DNA of 63,998 nucleotides, the filler included, from Basidiobolus ranarum (lineage: Eukaryota): NCBI GenBank assembly GCA_040143965.1. It is 9 parts of 9 records of this genome, joined end to end, with 100 filler letters (N's around TTAATTAATTAA, not from the genome) between each part and the next. Parts side by side here need not be neighbours in the genome. Positions count along the whole stretch, not along the records: positions 21,551 to 28,622 come from JASJQH010001184.1; positions 28,723 to 35,782 come from JASJQH010001185.1; positions 35,883 to 42,938 come from JASJQH010001186.1; 6 more parts are not named here. One strand, given 5' to 3'. Made by a program: the position numbers and the translations under genes. Shown piece after piece: positions 24,234 through 38,487 of this stretch. The stretch's first letter is position 1. Every line of letters starts with the position of its first letter. The notes below the pieces were generated by a model. It saw only the letters and a list, made by a program, of their open reading frames with translations, made no database searches and had not been told where the DNA came from.

Positions 24234-27200
24234 TTACTTTAATGAAATGACTGGGAAGGAGCGGTGATATTTGAAATCATAATGAGCAGATTTGGTTATT
24301 TGATCGAAGTTCTTTTGATCAAAGGCAGACATCTCCGAGTCTTTGATTGTGTTTTGTAAAGAGAGGCTATTTCCGATGCAAACACGTATGACACTTTTGA
24401 CATCCTATAGAATCCGATTAACATAAGTTGACTGAGACAAGAGAATCTTTCATCCGTTGGTACTTACTGTTATAAACTCATTGTACGATAGTTCAGAGAA
24501 TACTTCCGATTCCCCTAATCCTATCAAGCTTTCCATGACGGATTTTGCCGTCTGAAAGCTCCTGAGCGCGGTAATAAACAAATCGTGAATCTAGATAATA
24601 AACAGTTCAGAAAACAAGTACGAATGGTAAGTTTCAATGAATCCTACCGAGATGGCTTCTATTTGACGTAGAGTTTCTTGATAATCATTGTAAGAAAGAG
24701 GGGCAGGAGAAACAAGTCGATTATACATGCGGAAACGGTGCCAAAAACGTGTATGCTCATTGTTGAACTTTAATGAGGGTTTCTTGATGTGACCAGTGCG
24801 ATGGAAAGCAGCAATTGTCTATTTTATCTACTAAGGATTTCATCACTTAAAGTCTAGAAGCAATTGAAGGGATTTCTTACCAAATAAACACCTCTTGTGG
24901 TTTCCCTTAAACCAACAACAAGGATTCGTTGGATTTCGAGGGGCGATAATGTACTGAGGAAATTTTGGGTATCTTGGCTAGGGATGGCTTTCTCTGATAA
25001 TACGTCAATCATATGTCTAAGAAGTACAATATTCAAGTATCAGACATACCTCGCCCTTGAGCGCATGTTAGCGTAACGTTTGCTATTCTTTCTAGATGTT
25101 GATTGTGCGCACCAAGAAGATAATCCATGTACCTTTTTGTCGAAGAATTCATCAATAAAGATACCCAAATGATGAATGAAGTGGCTACACTTACCAGTAT
25201 ACCATTAAATATTCGTGCTCCGCAAATAACTCCAGATCAAACCCTAGCTGAGCAATCTGAACCATCAAGTTTAACTTGCGATGATAAACCCAGGACGAAT
25301 AAAAGAATGGGAGGGAAGAGGGCTATAAACAAATAATGTAAGATTGATAAGGGCAAGACGTGTGCTTATATGTCGGTATGGAAATTATACATCATATTTG
25401 AAAATCAGATGGAACTGCTCATCAATGTGCTCTGCCTATAATGAATCGAACTGGTTAGAATAAATGTAACTCTAGAATGTAAGTAGCGTTTGTGTACCTC
25501 TTCTTGAAGGGTTTCCCATTCACGGAGTAGCTTACACATCACTCGTCTTTGTCGTGAGCGATTTTGGCAGTACACTTTAAACGTATCAATAAAGGGCTAT
25601 TCATCCTTGATTGTTAGAAGCCAGCACAGCACAGATTTTAAAAACATATATTTACCTTGGTGGCTCTAGTTAAGAAGTTGGTAACAAGCGCATATAATTC
25701 TTTGTGATTGGTGCTGCCTAATGGGGCCTCTAGGATCTCCAACGGAGGTCGTACACTTTGTATAATAGAATCCCGGAGGAAATAAAAAACCGGAAGACTT
25801 CCGAGTATACGATGTTCTGAGTATAGAACAGACTACAAAAACAATGCCGGTTTACCACCAAAGTCGATTAAGCAACAACTAAATCAATAGGATTGGTACT
25901 TGGAGATAAGATCTTGAGACCGCACAGGCTTGAGGCTGTGCTTGAGAAAAGTGAAAGAAAAAATTCTAAAATGGACTGTGTTAGTGACTTCGTTACCTGC
26001 ATAAGTACAATGTAAAATACAACAATCAGGGTTTCCACGGATTTGCACGTAGTAATCGTTGATATCTTAGATAGTCTACTACAAAGTCTCGATAGGTTAG
26101 TGTATGCCTATAGTACAGATAGAATAAATGAAAGAGTTTCGAGAATGTAAATGTTGCCGAGCAAACCTCTTCTACAGAAACTAATGTAATAGGTCGGGGA
26201 GGGGCTTGCGCCACTAATTTCCTATTGATTAAAGGATCGAAGGCTAAGGGTCGACGTTACTTAGTACAAACAAACAATATACGACGTGATGATTAGGATA
26301 CAGACCATCTTTTACATCTTCAGCAAAACTGAGAGTGTGTTTGATTCCATCAGGACTGGGCCCATCAATCAATGACTTGGCAAGGTCGAATTCTTTCTGA
26401 GCCTCCGAAAACTGCATTCCAGAAATATATATCAAGCCAAGTAAGTATCCCTAGAGAAAGATTGTAAGCCAGGATTTGGTTTAAAATTAATAACATGGTG
26501 CTTACCCTTCGTAGTTGAATTCTAGAAAGAAGCGCCTTAGCATGAGATGTTTCGATCAACTCTCCTTGTCTGAGTTGTATTTGCTCACCTGTCAATCGTA
26601 AGGTCAGTTACCCATATTCCCAGGGAAGAGCGTCTCGCCTATTTACCTTGTCCCGCGGTCTCGATTATTTTGATAAGCCACACTTCCGAATCTTCCAACA
26701 GTCTTAATACCTCGGTTTCTGGATAATCTTCGTAAAAGCTCAAGCCATACTTATTGGTGGTGAAATCCTCCTCCTTTTCAAGCAAAGTTAAAGGCGTTAT
26801 GGCAAAATGCGTAGAGCACAAACATATCCAAATAAAACTCACTTCGTAGACATTCCCTTTAATCATCTCCTGCCATACCAAGTGACAGCATTTGATCACT
26901 CCCAACACATATGATTTAAGAACTAGAGTGACGAGGTTTTCATCAAATTCATTGCGTCCATCAATTTCAGGGATTCTAAACACGTTGTGGACATAGAGAC
27001 ATGTGAAAATCGTCTGTGAAAGTGAGTGGCCAGAATGCCATGATAGCTATATGAAGAGAATTTGAGATTTTCAATGATGTTCATATACGTGCATTGAAGA
27101 CCAACCTCACAACAGCATAGTTTATCCATGATTCCAAGTACTTGGGAAGATGAAAGCAAAGAAGAGACGTCAAAATATTTACTTTCTTCTTGGCCTTCGA

Positions 27201-27736
27201 CATTCATGCCCGTATCCATTTTGGGATCCATGATCTACTTGATAGAATTCCAACATTTTGAAGTACAGTTAAAAGATGATATTAAAGAGGCCAATCAAAA
27301 GTGAAAAAGACCTCGATGGCGGCCATTGAGTCGTAGAGTCCAAAGCTTTCCAAGCGAACCAGTTGACCAACGTCAAAATCTTTAACCAATATAAAAAGAA
27401 ATCAGCCAAATATAGTATGATAATGAGCATTAATAGAATGTAAACCATCAGTTGCTTCATCGAGGAATTTGGTAATATCCTTCCATTCAGGTAATAGATA
27501 GTTTTCTTCACGAGGATTTATTTTCAAATTAGAGATCGCTTCTGTTCTGTACACGTAAACATCAAAGTACTTGGGAATAAAAAGAAAAATAGCGAATACC
27601 CTGTACACTTTTTGAATTTCCATTCCTCGTGCTAGAAAGAAGAACAAATGGTTTGTTCAACCAGAACAGAGTCTAAGGATGCTGCATCTCGTGGAATATG
27701 TACATACCTTGCTCCATTTAAATTAGCTTCTGTCAT
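24234..27736 (-). CDS. MAK10: NatC N-acetyltransferase auxiliary subunit Mak10/NAA35 (many introns)
   Basis: WKDITKFL; IMDPKMDTGM; LKSYVLGVIKCC; EEDFTTNKYGL; FDPLINRKLVAQAPPRP; C-terminus YDFKYHRSFPVISLK*. Confidence 0.9.
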
Positions 27737-28409
27737 TATTTGACTCTAACAGTTTTGGAAATATGTTGCAAACATTTCAGGCTGTGGCCTATTTAATATT
27801 AGTATCAATATTTTGGTCCATTTTGATGGCTTCCGCATACAAAATTTCCCATCCATGAGCCTATCAAGTTTACATCGGATATGAAGTCCCAAATCACGAT
27901 TAATTGTAGCTGATCAGCTTCAAATCATCAACACAAATCGAGTTTGTCTAAACACTGATACAGCGAAAAGAGGTTTTGTTCACGAACACTGAAGCCAAAG
28001 CTATTTTGCTTACTCTGACGACTGTTGTCGCAGCAACATTTAACATATCACTATTGCTAAATTGACTGCTACTTGGCGCTGATTGTTTTCTAGTTCTGGA
28101 CACTACTAATTACTAGAGATACCATCACATATCCAACATATAAAGTACTCAAACTGTTAGGATAGGGTTCTGTCGAGAATAGTACGTATTACGGAGCTTA
28201 AGGGCAGTGTAACAATTAACATTTAGCTCTGAGTTCATTGTACCCCTAGTTTTTGCTATGCACCGAGTACCGCTTAGGAAAGGGGAATGTACTATTCCCT
28301 AAACACAGCTGGAGTAGGGGGCAGGTTTGAATCCAGAAGTTGATAATTTGCCTAATAAGGTAGTCAATGCCAGATGAATATCTTTGCATTGAGACAGTAA
28401 TGCATGAAG

Positions 28410-28622
28410 TTATTGTTGAAATTAGCATTGCCTAAACACCTATATAGTCATATATAGCTTAGTACTTAGTTATCTTTTAATTCACTAAGATATTATCAAT
28501 TATTCTCAATCGGAATTTACTTAAATATTTTTACCAACTTAGAAGTTCTCAGATATATAGATTTTTCAAACTTGTGCTAGAAGCCCCAAACTTTGCACAC
28601 ATGTTCCTGGGACCTTCCTTAA
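28410..28622 (-). repeat. Copy of an interspersed non-coding repeat family (also at 44340-45520)
   Basis: Reverse complement matches 44480-44670 (TAAGGAAGGTCCCAGGAACATGTGTGCAAAGTTTGGGGCTTCTAGCACAAGTTT...). Confidence 0.9.
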
Positions 28623-28875
28623 NNNNNNNNNNNNNNNNNNNNNNNNNNNNNNNNNNNNNNNNNNNNTTAATTAATTAANNNNNNNNNNNNNNNNNNNNNN
28701 NNNNNNNNNNNNNNNNNNNNNNACATATGAACAAGACTACATCAATTTTTTTCTTCCAAAGTACTTTGAATATACAAAAGATTTACGTATGAAAGTGGAG
28801 TATGTTATAGTGAATATGATAAGGGTTTCATGACTGAAAATTCATACTATTCTGCTTAGAGTTATGTAGGAAGGT

Positions 28876-30900
28876 TTATATCAAGTACTTGATCCTCACC
28901 CCATCTTTGGTCTGTCCTTCTCTTTCAATGATTCTATTTAGACGTGTAAGCTCCCATCGGATAATTAACGTGGCAGTCACACCAATAACATTCAAACCTA
29001 CATTCACCATATTACTACCAATGAATTTGGGCGCATCTGAGGGCCATCCTTGATACAAAAGGTATGTAGTAAATATGACACCGAGTTGAGCCTTTGTGTG
29101 AAAGACAATGGTTGAGTAAAATGAAAATGAATCCTGATCGTAACCAATAGTGTTCATTTACCATGGTAGATGCTATCCCAGTCGTGGCAGCTACTCCTTT
29201 CTCTCCATTGGAAGAACTAGTGGTCCAACCCATAGCCTTAAATGGAATATTTAATATAGTGATCCATTATCTAAACCTTAACGAAATTCACTCACTAAGG
29301 GTACTAACGGTCCTTGTCCTAATGCTGCTACAAGTACTCCAAAATAACGAACACCAAGTGGACCAGCAAAGGATAAAATACAGAATCCAGTGGCGGTTAT
29401 GGTGAAAAATATACACATTGGAATTGAACGAGCATTAAATCTATCCGCAAGTCGAGGAACAATAATGGCAGTAGTCATCTGACACACCGCGTATGGAACT
29501 ATTAAAAGAGAAACTTGAATGGAGGAAAATTTCCCACCTCCAAGTAGAGAAATAATCACCTATATGGTTGGATTAAAAAATGTTAACCTTGGAAACGGAA
29601 TCTTAAGTATCCATCGGGCTTTATCACTTACTGGTACATAGTATTGAAGGGATGTGGAAACCATAACTGGACACATATATAAAACACCAAAGAAATAAAC
29701 TACCAAGAAGTTGTGAGTATGTTTTGAGAATGGTAGGTTTCCAAGTCTAGGCTATATTATACCTCGATAATTTTTCAATTGCACTAAAACCTCCTTAAAT
29801 CCGGCATGATGAGATCCTTGAGCTTCTGACTGGATTCGTGCATTAGCGATGAGTTTCTCTCTTTCCGTTAAGAACCGGCAATGATCAGGACTATCCGGAA
29901 GCATAAAGTAAACAGTGAGGCCTACTATGACGGTCAAGGAACCATTGATAATAAGTAGCCTATATTGGAGTGTAAAAAAATACTAAGAAAGGGGGCTTTC
30001 CGAACATGAGCTTGTAATCCTTACCATTTCCAGCCGTAGATACCTCTAACCCCATCCATCAACTGCACACCAGCAGAAATGAAATTCCTACGAGGCAAAG
30101 CATAGATCAGCACCCATATAGAGCATGAAGATGAATGTCATCTTACCCAAATACACCAGAGGCACTGGAGGCAAAGTAATATGTTCCAACCCGACCAGCA
30201 ATTTCTTTTTTGCGATAAAATTTGGTCAAGTAAAGCGCCATACCAGGCCATAGCTATACATTTGTAATTAGAATTCATGGCAAATGAAGTGAAATTCTTG
30301 ACCAAGTTCCTACCCCAGCTTCGGCCACTCCCAAGAAAAATCTTAGGCTGAAGAATGATGCAGCATTGTTCACGAGAGCCATTAGACCAGCGATCGCACC
30401 CCATGTAATGCAGATTCTAGCCAACCACTTGGATGGAGAAAACTTGGTCATCATCAAGTTCGAAGGGATCTCGAAAAAAGTATAACCAATCTATTCAATG
30501 GTTCAGTTAGTCCATTGTAATATCACTTGCTTTGCATAAAAAACACCTACATAAAATATGGCCACCCCTAAAGCAGACTGCTGTGCAGTGAGATTAGCAG
30601 TAGTAAGTAGATCGTGGCCTTTTTCCTTATTCATAGTTAAAGCTACGCCAACATTGGATCGGTCAGAACTACTAAAGTAGTACATTAGCCATAGCAAAGG
30701 CAAGATATGCTTGTCAAGTTTTCTATCAATTGGAGTTAGTATCAGAAAAGAATGCTCCAATAGATTTAACTTGTGTCATACCGGGTCAGCTTGGCTTCCT
30801 CCGCTGGGTCAAAGTCTTGAAATTTCTCGTTATCAGAGGAAATCTCCAATTTATCGACTACAAGTTGTTTTTCGAGGTTTTTCTCTTCCAAAGTTGTCAT
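28876..30900 (-). CDS. MFS transporter, Dal5/anion:cation symporter family (multi-exon)
   Basis: RKLDKHILPLL...SSDRSNVG; FEIPSNLMM; RFFLGVAEAG; LPDSPDHCRFLTEREK; 12-TM-type hydrophobic segments. Confidence 0.9.
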
Positions 30901-31777
30901 ATTCAACACTGTTCTGTAGCACGGCTTTACATCTATTCGATAGATTGCTCTTATATGTGCTTCACTCAAGAATACTACCACGACCATCATTCAACTATGC
31001 TAAAAAATCACTAAACCTCCCACACAGGTTCTAACTTTTGATTAAAAAATCACCCCCCCACAGTTACTTCGGTCTTGGAAAATACCTGGCTAGTTATTAT
31101 TTGGGATAATGAATCATTCGGTTACACTTTACGAAAGTATGTTCTATACCCTAACCCTAACATGGGAATTATCCACTAGGTAATTAGGGTTTGTAATCGG
31201 AATTCACATGTATGGTCATTTCCATATGTAATATACTAGTATAAACAAGTCGTGTGAAGAGCAAACAATGAATTCAGGCTGGGAGACAGTCACCGGCATG
31301 AAGTGTTACTACCCTTGGTCACGTTATAGAGTAAAGACTTCCTGTCAGCCACAATACTCACTTGCTGATTTTATCCAGCATCATGATCAGCATTACGATC
31401 ATCGAGTGAATTAATATCCGAAACAAAAAGGTTGGATGCAGTGTATGATAATAAATGCATTGTTATTATGTGTTATGGGAAATGTGACTCTGGGAAATGC
31501 GATCACTATTCTCACAGTGTCATGGTAATTGTTGCCTTTAATCTCTGATGCCTTACTTATGGCAATTATTACCTTAAATCCTTTATGTTTCACTTAGCAT
31601 TCAGTGAGGAATTTTTGGAGCCATTGAATGAAATAATACGATAGCAACATAGAGTACACTGCTGAAACGAAACCTTGTATAACTATGAAGGTTAGAAAGT
31701 AAGCAATATTGTCTATGATAGGAAAGTAAGTTCAGTGATTTCATTGTCTCTGATCTATTCAATATCAGCTATAACTT

Positions 31778-32340
31778 CCTGGAGGTATTCTAATCCGCTT
31801 TAACCCGGTGTTAATTGCTGCTTCCTGTAATCGCTTACTTGTTCTTGTACACCCTCATAATCTAGTTCAAAATGAAACTGAAGATCTAACTATAAGGTAT
31901 TGAAGACTATAGTACATCCATTATACAAACTCACAGACGCGGATTCACTCTACCCTCTAGCTATCTTGAAATTAAAAGATGCTTCCGTGCTACTAGCTAC
32001 CAAGGATATCCATAGGAGTATAAGTTTACAGGTACTATTAATTGGTGATCTCTACCTCAGAGATTGATACTATCTCACCAGTCCTACGTCGAATTAATAT
32101 TCCTATTGCTGATATCAGACTGTGCGTTGAAAGGAAGCAAGAATGTCCATTAATCCGAATATTAAATTTTCACTGGCTATGATGTTGGTAGAAAGAGTCT
32201 TTGTAATGATAATGGTGAAAATCTTTCGTTTCCGGAGAAAAGAGGAGTATTTCTGGCCAGAATTGTATCTTTTGGCTACAGTTGTGCTCGAAAGGGCTTC
32301 TTTGATGTAAAGCTACATATTTGCGTTGTCATGTCTCTTC
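31778..32340 (+). pseudogene. Trypsin-like (S1A) serine protease pseudogene
   Basis: PGGILIRFNPVLIAASC, IVHPLYK...LAILKL, SPVLRRINIPI...C, GYDVGRKSLCNDNG...LARIVSFGYSCARKG occur in trypsin order, with stops/frameshifts and altered catalytic residues. Confidence 0.7.
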
Positions 32341-34016
32341 ACTTATTACTCTGGCGTTCTAGGTATGTTTAAAAATATGCTTTGATCCTGCTTATCAACC
32401 AAAATATGGGATATATTCAAAGGTTAGCAAACTAAGGTAGTTGGATAGATAGTACACAGTTCATTATATATATATATATATATAATTTATATCCAACGAA
32501 TGTATAATGAATATTATTATCGCCGCCACTGTTGCTATCACGATTGTCGTTTTTTCCTTATTCCTTTCCCCTGAATCTTTATGGCCATCATTTAATACTT
32601 GGTAATTATCACGATTGGGCCTAATACCACTGATTTCATGTTTTGGATGGCGATCGGACCTATCCCCGCCTATACAAGGTATGGTGTTTGTTAGTAATAT
32701 CTTGGTTACTGAAGCAATCCTTGTCTCGTTGATCAGAATATAAGTTGGCATTTTCATGGTGAACTTTAGTTAGATTGTCGATTGAAGTGGTTGATTTAGC
32801 TGTTTACGAAGGGTTATCAACTGCAGTTAAAACAATCTTAAAAGAGACTTGCCTTGGTTTTTACTAAAGGTTATATTATGATAATCTACTGTCAAAGCGA
32901 ATAAAGATCAAAGAGATGTTGAATCCTGACACGCTTGTAATAAATTTTGATAAGTACATCTGAGAATATCAGCAATCTGTTGAATCTAATTGCCACACAG
33001 GTGTAGTAACAGACTTTCAACAGAAATTGAAAGAGAATTTTGAATTTGTTGAAACATACACTAACTACCAAGTTTCAGTTAGCTTTTATACTAGCACTAA
33101 TGACTTATTCACTTTGGGATGTTTTATTTAAATCAAAACATCTTTACATTAATAGACTCAACTGGACACCAATACATAAACAGGCCCCAAATATCAGTCA
33201 CTGAAACTTTGAATGTTATGCCACATACACTGCTATATGATATTAGAAATAGTTCGTATAGTGCTCACATTCTATTAAATGGAGTTTATTTGATAGGCAT
33301 GATATTGATATGGTGATGTGTTAGACTAAAAGATAGGACAAATTGGAATGCCAATAGTAAAGTATAATCAAAGTTTCAATACCAATATGGAATGAGAATG
33401 ATAAAAAGTGAATCTGCAAGTATTAAGCAATGTTGCCACACTTGACTGTTATTTATCAGAAGGAATCTAGAGTTAAGTTTGAGAAAACTTGCTAAGTTTA
33501 TCAGATCCAATTATTTTGTAAGCAAGCGCCCGTTTCAGGCAATTTACAACTCACTTACCTAGTTTCTTTCAACACTTATGAATCACAAAGTTCCTATCTA
33601 GCACACTAGTATTTCTGCCAACTGAATACCCAACAATTCCAAAAAGTGTCTGACTGTTACACTCAAATAACAGTAAGGTCACCTTAAATTCCTATTCAAA
33701 AGCCCGGTGTGAACAGCTCTTATAGTGAATGCTCCTGATTTTGACTCTAAAGCAAAAATGAGTCTCTACTTGTCAGTAAGTGAAGCGATGTTAAAGGAAC
33801 CTTTGGAAAGGCATCTTAAACATCAAACTCGTTGTTTAACGGTTTAGAGGCCAATCAAGAAAGGGATATCAGATGCTAAGATTAATTAGGTCTTTTGAAA
33901 TTGTGGGATCAAGGATAGTTTTCTCATTTAGATCGTACACTAGGTTTATTTCATGACACAAGATACAAATACAAAATAGTTTCAAATAAAAAATATAAAA
34001 ATACAATAACCAAAGC

Positions 34017-35205
34017 TTAATTACTTTTGACCTTGTGACAGAAAGGATAGTCAGTGTAGCCCTCAGCTTCACCAGAGTAGAAAGTAGATCTGTCATATTT
34101 GTTGAGTTCCCATCCATTGCGAAGACGTTCAGGAAGATCAGGATTAGCAATAAAGGCACGGCCATATGCAATCAAATCACCAGTACGCTTGGCAATATCA
34201 GCAGCAGTCTTTATGGCATTGGAGAAGCCAGAGGAAGAAATAAATGGTCCCTTCCAGATTTCACGGAAAGGTTGCAAAGTATCTTCAACTTCAGCGGAAT
34301 CACTCATAATGTTGGCACGAGCTTCGATAAAATGAAGATAAGCTAAACTGGGGTGGTTCTTTTGGAGTTGTTCAGTCAAGTAAGACCAGGTCTTGACAGG
34401 ATTTTCGTCAGCCATGCCTTGGAAAGCTCCGCCAGGAGAGAAGCGGATGGCAGTACGTTCAGCACCAACAGCATTGACAACAGCATCAACGACTTCCAAA
34501 GCAAAACGACCACGGTTTTCGACTGACCCACCATACTCATCAGTTCTATTGTTACTACTAGTGTTGATGAACTGGTCAATAAGATATCCGTTAGCTCCGT
34601 GGATTTCAACACCATCAAAACCGGCTTCAACGGCGTACTTGGCAGCACGTGCATATTGCTCAACAATCTTCTTGATTTCTTCAACTGTAAGGGCGTGAGG
34701 TTCTTCGTAATCATCTCCTGCCATGGTCTTACCCGGGCAGACAATAGAAGAAGCGCCAACAATTTGCTCTTGGTTAGGGTTTAAGTACTTGGAACCAACG
34801 CGGCCTATGTTATTTTAAGAATCCCAATTTTTTTGGTTAATAAAATCCACTTAATTTTTACCCACTTCTATCCATCTAGTACTTACCAAGATGCCATAAT
34901 TGGGCAAAAATATACCCATTTTTTTCGTGCACTGCAGCAGTGACCTTCTTCCAGCCTTCAACTTGTTCATCATTGTAAAGACCAGGAGTACGAGGATAGC
35001 CACCTGCTAATCTATCGATAACAGTAGCTTCCGTGATCAAAAGACCACCATCTGAAGATCTTTGCTTGTAATATTCAACTTGGAGAGCAGTTGGAACAGC
35101 TTCGAGAGTTGCTCTAAGCCTTGTCAAAGGAGCCAAGACAACTCTGTGTTTGAGTTCGTTGTTACCAACTTTGATTGGTGAAAATAAGGCTCTTTGAGTG
35201 TTCAT
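34017..35205 (-). CDS. Old yellow enzyme (NADH:flavin oxidoreductase), 2 exons (34887-35205, 34017-34804)
   Basis: LFSPIKVG...HRVVLAPLTR; QLWHLGR; AGFDGVEIHGANGYLIDQF; YGRAFIANPDL; GYTDYP. Confidence 0.95.
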
Positions 35206-36955
35206 ATTTGCTTTTAGAATCTAGAAAAAAGTTAAAGGAATAATAAAAAATCATTCAATTTGGCCTTGTATTTATACAAACCGTAAATATCAAATACTTA
35301 ATAATCACATTTATTACGTAAAATATGAGCTGACAAACTATTCTAGATCGAAGTTGATTTGTAAGCAAAAGAAATGTTGAAATATCTAGCAACAATATAA
35401 TACGCCAGGATTTAACAATCCACCGGCATAATTATCTTTGCGGTTATCCGAATTGATTATATCCCATTCATTAAAAATATCTAAATTAGCATCAATCATC
35501 AAAAAGAGCCGATCATTATGCAAAATATCTAAGATATAGAAAGCCATTCGTAGTACATAAGTTCATCGCATCCAGAATATAGGCTTGAAAGACGGCCTGC
35601 TGGTATTAAATTAGTCTTCAACTTCTATATCTGTTCTTGTCTGATCTTAAAGTATGAGTAATTACAGATGGAGCAGCGGTTACTGTGATTTCATTATGCA
35701 AAATATGAATCTGTTGGGAGAAGCCCAAAGTGAATAGATATAGGATATACTGTCATTATATGATTACCAGTAAAGCTTTCTANNNNNNNNNNNNNNNNNN
35801 NNNNNNNNNNNNNNNNNNNNNNNNNNTTAATTAATTAANNNNNNNNNNNNNNNNNNNNNNNNNNNNNNNNNNNNNNNNNNNNCCCCCTCCCTCTTCCGGC
35901 CACATCTACTTTTTAGTCGCATCTGGGTTACCAATGTTAAACAAGAATATGTGGTAGGATTACTCTATTCAGCTCTTACCTCGCTTGTGAATATTCATTT
36001 CGCCTTGTAGATCAATCAAATCTGATGAGAAGTTGAAATGCGTAACAACTCTTAATATTTGGGAGTGTTTCCGTGGGAGATTACTTGAGTAGGTTCGGTA
36101 CACAGTCTCAAAATCATCAAGCGTGTTTCCCTTGCATGGAGTCCAATATATGACGAAAACACAATCTTATACACGAATGAACGCTTTCTGTAGCCGATTC
36201 AACGGTCAAGGTTAAGGCTAGAGTAAGACTGGGAGGACTTTAACTTGATGGACGAAGGTCAATGCTTTTGAAATTCTTTGTGGATATAAGAATCAATGTA
36301 GTTTATCCGAAACTAATTTGACTTTCTTTCGTTTCCTTTACTACGAATCCCCTTAAAGATTATCAAATATGTATACAGAGTAACAGAAAGGTCACAGGAG
36401 GAAGAATCTTTCTTTTTAGGAATGAACTGGGTTTCGACTGATGTAGTGAATTTTTCCATCTGGGTAGATATCTCAACCTAGTATGGCATATACCCCAAAG
36501 GTGAATACCGCAAAGGTAATTATTACTCAACTCTTGGACTACAAGTGTATGCAGCTGAGGAGTAAAAACTCTTTATTAATGCTGTCCTATTTCTATTAAA
36601 GACCATTATCTAAGACCGTTTCCTTATTTTATTCATTTTGCTTTTTACTTTGGTTTCTGAACGACCAGAAGTCTAACTATGATGACCAATAATGTGGCGT
36701 GAATAGTGATGGCGACATTTGTCCCTTGCTATAGAGGTTCGTAAAATCTTCAGTGTTCTGTTATTAGTTAGACTGAATTTTGGCATGGGGTCATCAGAGG
36801 GGGGTATTTCGGGTACAACATATAATCCATTCGTCGCTAAATGGGTTAGTTTATTCAAACTATTAACATACAGTTACCCAAAAATCCAAACCTTTTATAC
36901 AAGAAAACCCCTTTCTCATTATCATTACTCTACTTAGTAAACAGTCAAACTAATA

Positions 36956-37923
36956 ATGACAAATACCCTGGTCGCTTGGGATTTTGACTGGAGTTTGTTC
37001 GAAGAAAACTCTGATACTATCATTTTTAAACGTTTATCACCAACACTTTATCAGAAACAAAAGGAGCGAGCTGGAAAGGAACAATGGACCGATTTGATGG
37101 TAAATATTCCTGAAAGATTTTCAAGTTTTCTATTGAACTAAGAGCAACCTCCTCTCTCATATAAGGCTTCCTTGTTAGTAGATTTACATAAAGAAGGAGT
37201 TTCACAGGAGCAGTTGGAGAATTTCTTAAGTCAATTGAAATTGGTAGCTGAATTTTACATCACCATATAACTTCAAGTTCGACGTGGTTAAATAGGTATT
37301 TTTTAACCTCAAGGAACCTGAGATGATACAGTCGGTACTTCTATCTCAGAACAAAGGAGCTCAGCATATCATTCTATCCGACTCCAACACAGTGTTTATC
37401 GATAGGTCTTTAAAGGTTCGTTCATTTCTTATGAACTTTGAAGCCATTCGAAAATATAACTCTTACTGTTACAGGCTTCCGGTGTATTAGACTCATTTGA
37501 ACTCATTCGGACTAATCCCGCTCAATTCGATGCCAATGGGTGTTTACGAGTAACTCGTTTAACAAACCAAAATGAACCACATATGTGCCCACTTTGTAAT
37601 GTTAATATATGTAAAGGTAAAGAGATGAAGAATTATCTTGCGGGTAAAGAAGAATTTGATAGAATCATTTATATTGGTGATTCCAAGAATGACCTTTGTC
37701 CTAGCTTGTTATTAAGAAGGTAATTTTGGTGGGAGATGATACTAGTGAATATGCTAACATATACTAACCATGTTGTAGTCAGGATATTGTGTTGGCCAGA
37801 TCTGGTTTTTCGTTGGTACCTTTGTTAATGACTGCCCAAAAGGAACACCTGCTAGCAGCTCAGGTGATTGAGTGGAGTGATCCAAAGCATATACTGGTGT
37901 TGTTCAAACAGTTGTTTGAGTGA
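36956..37923 (+). CDS. PHOSPHO1/PHOSPHO2-like HAD phosphatase (multi-exon)
   Basis: WDFDWSL (DxD), ILSDSNTVFI, TNPA.FD, C.VNICKG, IYIGDSKNDLCP. Confidence 0.88.
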
Positions 37924-38487
37924 GAAATCATCTGCTGAGTAGAAATAAGCAATTAGAAACTCTGAGTGATCTCTAGTCACTGTCTAATAAAAATGATATC
38001 CAAATAATGTATAATGCTTTGTATAAATTGAAATTGCACAATGAAAATTCAAGTAGTGAGAATATGTAATTTTGTTAGCAGCGTGACTTGTAGTTATATT
38101 TGTAATTTAGTGGCAGTGATGAGCATGATGGCCTTGAGTATATATGGTGTTAATCCCATTCACTAACGCTCTTTGTGGACTAGATTTATCGTAACTTGGC
38201 CTATTTACAATAGGCTAGAACTGCTCAAAGTAGACTGTTACATTTCACTTAGTAATGTCCTTGTAACGCCTCCTATTACGAATCATGCTCTTAATAAGGT
38301 GAGACTGATTTGGATTACAAATTCAGAAAATAGTTTGATGCTCTAGAAATTCTTCGGGCTAAGGTTTTGGGGGAGGTGGATGGAGATCATTTAAACAAAG
38401 TGATTTGGGGGAGGTTAGGAGAGAGGGAAAAATTTAGATTAAATTAAACTTCAGTCAGAAATATCATTTTCGTAAAGTTTGAACAAT

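Noticed and set aside
35883-36860. Possible minus-strand exons divergent from the PHOSPHO-like gene
   Set aside because: Splice-like signals are present but I could not build a coherent ORF or recognise a family
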